From NCBI GenBank assembly GCA_051942205.1, contig JAVECO010000027.1, positions 62,001 through 126,000 on the forward strand: DNA of 64,000 bases, read 5' to 3'. Below the pieces are notes generated by a model. That model was given only the letters and a program-made list of their open reading frames with translations. It had not been told where the DNA came from and did not search any database. This DNA comes from Coniocarpon cinnabarinum. Taxonomy: Eukaryota. Within the stretch, counting starts at the first letter, position 1. Each line of letters begins with the position of its first letter. Below are positions 57,482-64,000 of the stretch, one piece after another. The position numbers were made by a program, and so were the translations under genes.

Positions 57482-60400
57482 ATGCGATGCCGATGGCAGC
57501 GCATCGTAGCTTTGTTGGCTCTGGTCAATTATGACACCCAGCTTGTTGCTGCCGCAACCACCTCCGCATCGACTTCCAAGGCGGCGAACAAACAAGCGAC
57601 ATGTGCGACGGGTTCGGTTAACTGGATTACCCACACATTGCCACAACAATGTCTGCGGACGGCGTGGTCGCCTCACAATACATCTGTACCGAATCATGAG
57701 TTGACCTCATCGACGGAAGATGTCACGCAGACAAATCTCGAGTCTTCTTCGACGTCGACTCCTACCCCAACATCCTCTGCGGATGACGCCACTTCTCCAT
57801 TCACAACCACTGGAGATGCTGTGCTGGCAGAAACCACTTCTATCGACAATCAAGCAAGTCCAGAAAGCCGGGCTGAAAATCTAGCAAGTGGCTCTGAGAG
57901 TTCCGCTGTGGAGACTGAAGCCGATTCAGCACTGCAGAGTGCAAACTTCCTTTCGTTCGAAGAATGGAAGAAGCAGAAACTCGGAGATGTGGCGCCGTCC
58001 GTGGGTGTGGTTGATCGAACGGGACAAAAGTCAGGACCAGGCGGTGAGCGCCAGAGACCTGGCAACACACTCGACACGTTGGGCGAAGACTCTGAGATCG
58101 ACCTGGATTTCTCTGGTTTCGGAGGAGGCAGTCAGTCGTCACAGCGCCCGCTCCCCGATCAGCGAACAAGCACGGGATCCGATGGAGAAGCAAATATCGA
58201 AGTATCCTCAGGACCATCCGGAGCGCGCAGCAAAGATGCAGGCAGAACATGTAAAGAACGATTCAACTATGCATCCTTTGATTGTGCAGCGAATGTATTA
58301 AAGACAAATCCGAAATGCAAGAGTTCCTCGTCCGTACTGGTTGAGAATAAAGACAGCTACATGCTCAATGAGTGCTCTATGGACAACAAATTCCTTATCG
58401 TCGAGCTTTGCGATCACATTCAGATTGACACAGTCGTTCTGGCCAACTTCGAATTCTTCAGTTCCATGTTCAGGACCTTTCGAGTCAGCGTGTCGGATCG
58501 TTACCCCGTCAAGCTTGACAAGTGGAAAGTACTTGGGACGTATGAGGCACGGAACACGCGAGAGATCCAGGCTTTCTTGGTTGAAAATCCTTTGATCTGG
58601 GCGAAGTACATTCGACTTGAATTCCTGACGCACTATGGGAACGAGTATTATTGTCCTTTGAGCCTTCTCCGCGTGCATGGGACGACAATGATGGAAGACT
58701 ATCGCCACCAGGAGGAACTGGCCCGCGGCGAGATCGATGCATCGGAGGACGAGCTCGAAGTGACGAACGAGGTTGTCGCTGTACCTGCTGTTAGTAGCAA
58801 CATCGGTCCTCCAGAGGCTATCATCACTCCACTCAGTCCAGACGAAGCCAAGATGGTTCAGCCATCTCCATCAGGTGTAGAGCAACAGCAAGACGGTTCA
58901 TCTCATTCAAGCCTTCCACTTGAGTCGTCATCACAATTCTCATCCTCGAAGGCTGACGCTGGAACAATGGCGACGTCCAGCAATAGTACAGAAAGCGGAA
59001 AAGGCGCGTCCTCGAGTGCGTTTGATGAAAAATCTAGCCAAGCTTCGCCCTCAGCTCTGCGTGAGCCACCTGATCCTGACACTGGGTCGACGGTGGAAAA
59101 CAGAGCTAGATCGCAAGGAGATGCAGACGTCAACTCGACTTCTACACAGATTCGAAGTGAGGATGAATCCCTAACAGCACAAAGCGACGCATCGTTGCAA
59201 GCGCGATCTCATGCGATTGACTCAAACGCAAGTGTGACACGATCAGATACGCAGAACGTTTCGATTGAGACTACTGCCCATCAGACTCCTTCTAACCGTC
59301 CAAACGAAGCATCGCCCAGCAATTTGTCAGCTTCCGCCACGTCATCAAGCAGTCAAACAAACCTTGCAGGTGTTCTACTTTCTCCGAATCGCACTGTGAG
59401 CTCTAATGGATCAACTACACCAACGCAACAGAATGTCGGTGCCGCACCTAGCGCAACGCAGCCCGCTACGCAAGAGTCATTCTTCAAAACGCTTTCCAAA
59501 CGCCTCTCTCTGCTTGAAGCTAACGCAACACTCTCCCTGCAATACATCGAGTCTCAGTCAATGCTGCTTCGTGATGCATTCACCGCTGTTGAAAAGCGCC
59601 AGATTGCCAAGACGGCTTCTTTCCTCAGTTCACTGAACGAGACAGTCCTGAAAGAACTCGCAGCAGCCCGAAGTGACTACGACCAGCTTTGGCAGTCAAC
59701 AGTACTCGAGCTTGCGAATCAACGCGAAGAAGGTCGACGGGAACGAGAGACACTCAATGAACAAGTACGACTTTTGGCGGAAGAGGTTGTGGGACAACGA
59801 CGCCTGATGGCTGTCCAAGTGACCGTGGTCCTCGTTGTCCTCGGCCTCTTCCTTTTCACCAAAGCCGCGCCAAGTCAGCCAGGTGAGGCTTCGACAGGGG
59901 TTGGGATGGGAGACATCCGGATCTTGCAGACAATGCAGGCCCTCATGGCTCGAGGACGCTCAAACAAACGTGTAGTGCGACCTGCGAGTGCTGGTTCAGT
60001 CGATGAGAATCGCAGCCCTTCGGAGCCAGGACCTCGATGGGGCTGGGAAAGCCCGTTCATGGGGAGTCCAGGCACGACACGCCCTGCAACAAGTCATGGA
60101 ATGGACGAAACCCATGAGGATGCCTGGGATGACCTGTTAGCTTTCGTGGATGAAAATGTTCGTCCACGCAAACGAACAGGCAGCAAGGCAGACACGCCCT
60201 ACTTGAAACAGAAGCCCTTGCCGCCAGCCCCAAGACCAGATTTGAGCCGGCGGTTGTCTGGGGAAGACGGACTGACTGATCACACGAATACATCTTCACC
60301 CTTGGATTTTAGGCCCTCATTTGCTAAGGTTGTTGACAGTGAAGACACGGACAGCACTTTAGACGAAGAACCGCAAACACGCGCACCGAATCAGCTCAAT

Positions 60401-60592
60401 GTCCCAAACAATATTGGCAGAATACCGATAGTGCGGAGATCGTCCTCATTCAGGACAGCACAGTCTGCCCCGCCAACTCCTGGGTTGGATAGCCATTGTG
60501 CATTTGTGAATGCCACAGGCTCTGGCGGAGCGGAGGGAACCCCGCCGAGTCGCAATTCCCCAAATCCGGAGAATGGCGATGACGACATTTGA
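57482..60592 (+). CDS. SLP1: Mid-SUN domain protein (Slp1/SUCO-like)
   Basis: Signal peptide; FLSFEEWKK, KERFNYASFDCAA, ENKDSYMLNEC, LANFEFFSS and HYGNEYYCPLSLLRVHGTTM motifs; coiled coil LEANATLSLQYIE; single TM helix. Confidence 0.93.
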   Translation: MRCRWQRIVALLALVNYDTQLVAAATTSASTSKAANKQATCATGSVNWITHTLPQQCLRTAWSPHNTSVPNHELTSSTEDVTQTNLESSSTSTPTPTSSADDATSPFTTTGDAVLAETTSIDNQASPESRAENLASGSESSAVETEADSALQSANFLSFEEWKKQKLGDVAPSVGVVDRTGQKSGPGGERQRPGNTLDTLGEDSEIDLDFSGFGGGSQSSQRPLPDQRTSTGSDGEANIEVSSGPSGARSKDAGRTCKERFNYASFDCAANVLKTNPKCKSSSSVLVENKDSYMLNECSMDNKFLIVELCDHIQIDTVVLANFEFFSSMFRTFRVSVSDRYPVKLDKWKVLGTYEARNTREIQAFLVENPLIWAKYIRLEFLTHYGNEYYCPLSLLRVHGTTMMEDYRHQEELARGEIDASEDELEVTNEVVAVPAVSSNIGPPEAIITPLSPDEAKMVQPSPSGVEQQQDGSSHSSLPLESSSQFSSSKADAGTMATSSNSTESGKGASSSAFDEKSSQASPSALREPPDPDTGSTVENRARSQGDADVNSTSTQIRSEDESLTAQSDASLQARSHAIDSNASVTRSDTQNVSIETTAHQTPSNRPNEASPSNLSASATSSSSQTNLAGVLLSPNRTVSSNGSTTPTQQNVGAAPSATQPATQESFFKTLSKRLSLLEANATLSLQYIESQSMLLRDAFTAVEKRQIAKTASFLSSLNETVLKELAAARSDYDQLWQSTVLELANQREEGRRERETLNEQVRLLAEEVVGQRRLMAVQVTVVLVVLGLFLFTKAAPSQPGEASTGVGMGDIRILQTMQALMARGRSNKRVVRPASAGSVDENRSPSEPGPRWGWESPFMGSPGTTRPATSHGMDETHEDAWDDLLAFVDENVRPRKRTGSKADTPYLKQKPLPPAPRPDLSRRLSGEDGLTDHTNTSSPLDFRPSFAKVVDSEDTDSTLDEEPQTRAPNQLNVPNNIGRIPIVRRSSSFRTAQSAPPTPGLDSHCAFVNATGSGGAEGTPPSRNSPNPENGDDDI

Positions 60593-61732
60593 TGTTGACA
60601 ACATTGATGAAACACACAGACATTTGCATTGACTTGGCGTTCATTAGGGTGTATTATAACATGCAATCGCGGCGGACAAGATATTTCTAATGGAGTTTAC
60701 CTGATTCTGAGAACGGCAACGTCCAGTGGGTGCATGGCTAGCGCATACAGAGGCTGGCGGGGATCAGGCAGTTTACGCCCTTTGTACGCTATTAGCGTGG
60801 TGCGCTAACACAGATTATGGGCGTGAAAAGCGACGACCGCGAAAGCTGGGACTGTTGGGAGAGGTGGGAAATTGCAGAGGATTTCACCTATTGTCCAAAT
60901 GCGGCGTCTGGAGCGTACGCGAGGAAGCTATTTGTGATAGTAAGCTTAGTCATGTGATGATAGTGTACGGCATTGAGAGCATTTGTAGATCTGAGCGATG
61001 TGTATCGAACATACCACTGCGAACGGGTCGCATTGCCGACCAGCACGAAAAATGCTTCCTCTTGATGTACGTGAGCGAAAATCCTCTCGGTATCATGATC
61101 ACAGCGCGACAGGCATTATTCCCACATCTGGTAGGATATGACCTGTGCCGCAGGTTTCAGAGCGTATTGAAATGCCTACGAGGCTGAAAGTACGCCGCGA
61201 CCTAATCCAGACTGTCAGCTTCCTGTTCCACCCCAAGAAGGATTCAGCACTTTTCAATACCAAATTTACTGACCACCTCGAAGCCTGCGTTGCATCAGTC
61301 TCACGGTCTCACGCCGTCAAAGCCGCCACACGTCTTACAAGATGACGGCAATCATCGAAGGGCGCATTAGAGCCGTAAGCCCTGCCGGTTCCTTCGGATC
61401 CACTGTCCGCGGATGTTGTGATGGTGACAGATGCTACACGACCGTCGCCCTCTGCAAACGTTTGTGAGCGAGCCGATCGACCAATGATAGCCATCTGTTC
61501 TGAATTTAGACCCATGATCGTGCTGGCACATGGCTATCCATCATGAATACGGAGACGGCTTACGCCACATGTCGTTTCATCGTTTCACGATAATGCTGTG
61601 GCACTGCAGACTGTCAGGAGGACACAACTCCTCCCTGCTCGAAAGACTGAGCGCATCTTCTTTCCTCGGCCCCGGTGTAATCGGACCGTCAATGCGATAG
61701 CACTCTCCTTATTTCCTGTCTTTCCTTTCTGA

Positions 61733-63064
61733 ATGGCTGCCTTTTCAGGCGCACCCAGTACCGACGACTCTTTCCACACACAGCGAAAAGATGGCTACTC
61801 TCACGATGCCATCATCCCTCAGTGGATCCTGGCCGAAGGTCAGCGACTGCTCACAAAACGTTATGCTGTGATCGCAATTGTCGTAGTTTTCTCTCTCCTC
61901 TTTTACATTCGTCTTGCCATCTTCCCTTCCGACATCAACTCGGCGTCACGTTTGAGTCCAGCGGGTTGGCCGCTGAAATCCTCTGCCGATCGGCTACAAC
62001 ATCTGTTAGATGCTGTTCCTGATGTGACGACGACAGAGGGCCTGCTCTTACCTTCATCACCAATGGAAGAGCCCATCGACTGGTCAAAATTCGCATATAC
62101 TCAATATGCGACTACGCCAGACTACCTCTGCAACAGCCTCATGCTCTTCGAACGCCTTCAGACCCTCGGTTCACGCGCGCAGCGAGTCTTGTTATACCCA
62201 GACACTTTTCATCATTCATACCCCGTTACCTACGAGACATCCGACGCGGAAGCGCAAGCTCAAATCGTGCTCGCCCTTCTCCTGAAGGCAGAGAGGGAGT
62301 ACGACGTCACACTCAAACCCATAGAAGTCTTGCGCAAGAAAGGGATCGCGGATTCGACTTGGGCGGAGAGCTATACCAAGCTTCTGGCATTCAATCAGAC
62401 CGAGTTCACAAGAGTTTTGAACCTCGACTCGGACGCGACACTGCTGCAGGACATGGATGAGCTGTTTTTCATCCCGGGTGCGCCTGTCGCTATGCCGCGC
62501 GCCTACTGGCTTCCTCACCTCAAAGACAAAGCTGAATCCAAATTCACATCACTCCTGATGCTCGTCGAACCCTCGGAAGAAGCGTTCGCGCGCATTCAGC
62601 AGGCTATCACTGCTGCGGACGGCAATACTTACGACATGGAGATTATGAACAATTTGTTCGGGGAGTCGTCTCTCGTCATTCCCCACCGAAGATACGGCTT
62701 ACTCACCGGTGAATTGTTTGCCTCAGAAGATCAGCATCGACGGTATCTCGGCAACGAAGACGAAGCCTGGGATGCGAACGCGACCATTGCGGAGGCAAAG
62801 TTCCTTCACTTCAGCAACTGGCCTTTACCGAAGCCGTGGATCAAGCCAACGCAGAAAATGATCGATGAAGTGTTGCCGACATGCAAGGTGGAAAATACGA
62901 CTGAGACGGATGCACAAATAGGAAGTGGAAAGAGATCGGGGCGGCGAAGAAGAGACAAAGGAGCGGACTGTGAAGGGAAGCGGGTGTGGGAAGAAGCACA
63001 TGAAGACTTTCGAAGAAGGAGACTGGAAGTGTGCGGGATGATGCCACAGAATCTGGCCCATTAG
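61733..63064 (+). CDS. Glycosyltransferase family 8, Gnt1 (alpha-1,4-GlcNAc transferase)-like
   Basis: Type II anchor; DWSKFAYTQYAT, YLCNS, SYTKLLAFNQT, DSD (DxD), MPRAYW, YDMEIMN and HFSNWPLPKPW motifs. Confidence 0.9.
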   Translation: MAAFSGAPSTDDSFHTQRKDGYSHDAIIPQWILAEGQRLLTKRYAVIAIVVVFSLLFYIRLAIFPSDINSASRLSPAGWPLKSSADRLQHLLDAVPDVTTTEGLLLPSSPMEEPIDWSKFAYTQYATTPDYLCNSLMLFERLQTLGSRAQRVLLYPDTFHHSYPVTYETSDAEAQAQIVLALLLKAEREYDVTLKPIEVLRKKGIADSTWAESYTKLLAFNQTEFTRVLNLDSDATLLQDMDELFFIPGAPVAMPRAYWLPHLKDKAESKFTSLLMLVEPSEEAFARIQQAITAADGNTYDMEIMNNLFGESSLVIPHRRYGLLTGELFASEDQHRRYLGNEDEAWDANATIAEAKFLHFSNWPLPKPWIKPTQKMIDEVLPTCKVENTTETDAQIGSGKRSGRRRRDKGADCEGKRVWEEAHEDFRRRRLEVCGMMPQNLAH

Positions 63065-63456
63065 ATTCAATGATGGTGCACTGGAGGATGGGCAAATACT
63101 GCAGGATAGTACACTAATGATGTAAATATTTAATGAACTATACTGCGAAGCCTTCGGTTTTGGCGGAGCGCGACTAACATGCAAGGGCTATCGCTATCTA
63201 AGTTACACGATGGATCGTTTATTTTTGAGCGCCTGAATAGCGCTTAATTATGCTTTTACTGAGCTCTTTGTGATCTGTCAATAGATGAGCGGGTGCTGCT
63301 TGTGGACCGCGGCGGCAATATGTGTGCCTAAGAATTAAGGAGGAAACATCAATACCCATTGCTCTTCTGTAGGACTGTGAATCTAGTCCTGGCAAAGGAC
63401 TCAGTCTGATCTTGCCTGTGTTCTTATCGAAAACAGGGCCTTTGAAGCTTGCGAGT

Positions 63457-64000
63457 ATGGCCCTGCGCGAGACTGCGGCCAATGTCGCTTGCGCATTCAG
63501 GGGAGCTTCAACACGACGTGGCCAATCACTATGGCAGGATACATTTCGGCGGCGAGCATCAACAGTAGCGACTGCGCAAGAAACACAAACAGCCGCTTAC
63601 GACGTTCGAGAGCTTGAAACCACTTCCACTTTCGAAGGCAACGGCGTTGCGAGCGATTACAACCCAGTTCTTCGAGCGCAGCAAAGAGAGGAACAACTTC
63701 CATCCAGCAGGTACTATATACACAATCTCAAATCTGAAACTTTCTCGCTGACGAGCAATCTTCCGTCTAGATACAAGTTCAGACCGCCTCGCTATTATCG
63801 AGGGCCGTTGCATCCTCACCAGCCACCACCCAAGACTGACATCGCCTCTCGCGAATTCCGACCCGGTCCCTTCTCCTCCCCACGCCTCGCTCAAACGTAC
63901 ACCAGCACGATCGCCCCTGATTACATGACACTCGCCTATCAACACTACCCGCCGGGCTACGAGCCCGCTCCCAAAGCACCTCGACTCCGCAGCTGGGACG
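63457..64000 (+). CDS. MRPL7: Mitochondrial large-subunit ribosomal protein uL5m, 5' part (runs off the window)
   Basis: Arg-rich presequence, then LPSSRYKFRPPRYYRGPLHPHQPP..D.ASREF.PGPF..PRL..TY.STIAPDYMTL.Y.H, which I recognise as the N-terminal extension of filamentous-fungal uL5m. Probable intron 63711-63770. The L5 core lies outside the window. Confidence 0.8.
   Translation, partial: MALRETAANVACAFRGASTRRGQSLWQDTFRRRASTVATAQETQTAAYDVRELETTSTFEGNGVASDYNPVLRAQQREEQLPSSRYYIHNLKSETFSLTSNLPSRYKFRPPRYYRGPLHPHQPPPKTDIASREFRPGPFSSPRLAQTYTSTIAPDYMTLAYQHYPPGYEPAPKAPRLRSWD

Overview
Eukaryotic nuclear DNA from a filamentous ascomycete (Pezizomycotina; class not determinable from this window). Genes are compact, with short GT-AG introns and CTRAC/CTAAC-type branch sites. 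Most of the window is ordinary housekeeping content: RPS1, an ABHD11-like hydrolase, ERG3, two SDRs, aminopeptidase P, an importin-13-like karyopherin, Swi5, an intronless MDR1-type ABC transporter, a Fungal_trans_2 regulator, a C2H2 protein, a sarcosine/fructosyl-amine oxidase-like flavoprotein, VPS45, YOP1, an RFX factor, DUF3431, YTP1, a USP, a mid-SUN protein, a GT8 and the 5' part of MRPL7. The notable part is an island of about 7.5 kb between ERG3 and the first SDR (~6.6-14.1 kb) with no recognisable conserved gene. It holds a diverged 7-unit 132-133 bp tandem array, a 10-bp-phased array of CRCGAAA/ACGCG sites, and a six-exon gene that the ORF track misses. That gene is built from frame-symmetric micro-exons (24, 18, 27 nt) and encodes a Cys-cluster/basic/coiled-coil protein. 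The island also holds a 265-bp tandem duplication, two orphan F-box-like genes, and scattered related or inverted repeat fragments near its edges. Other hidden features are a Cys-rich secreted effector-like gene with a skippable 63-nt two-Cys exon, and a CaaX-terminated deubiquitinase preceded by two 3-codon uORFs. All gene models were assembled by eye and no database searches were run.
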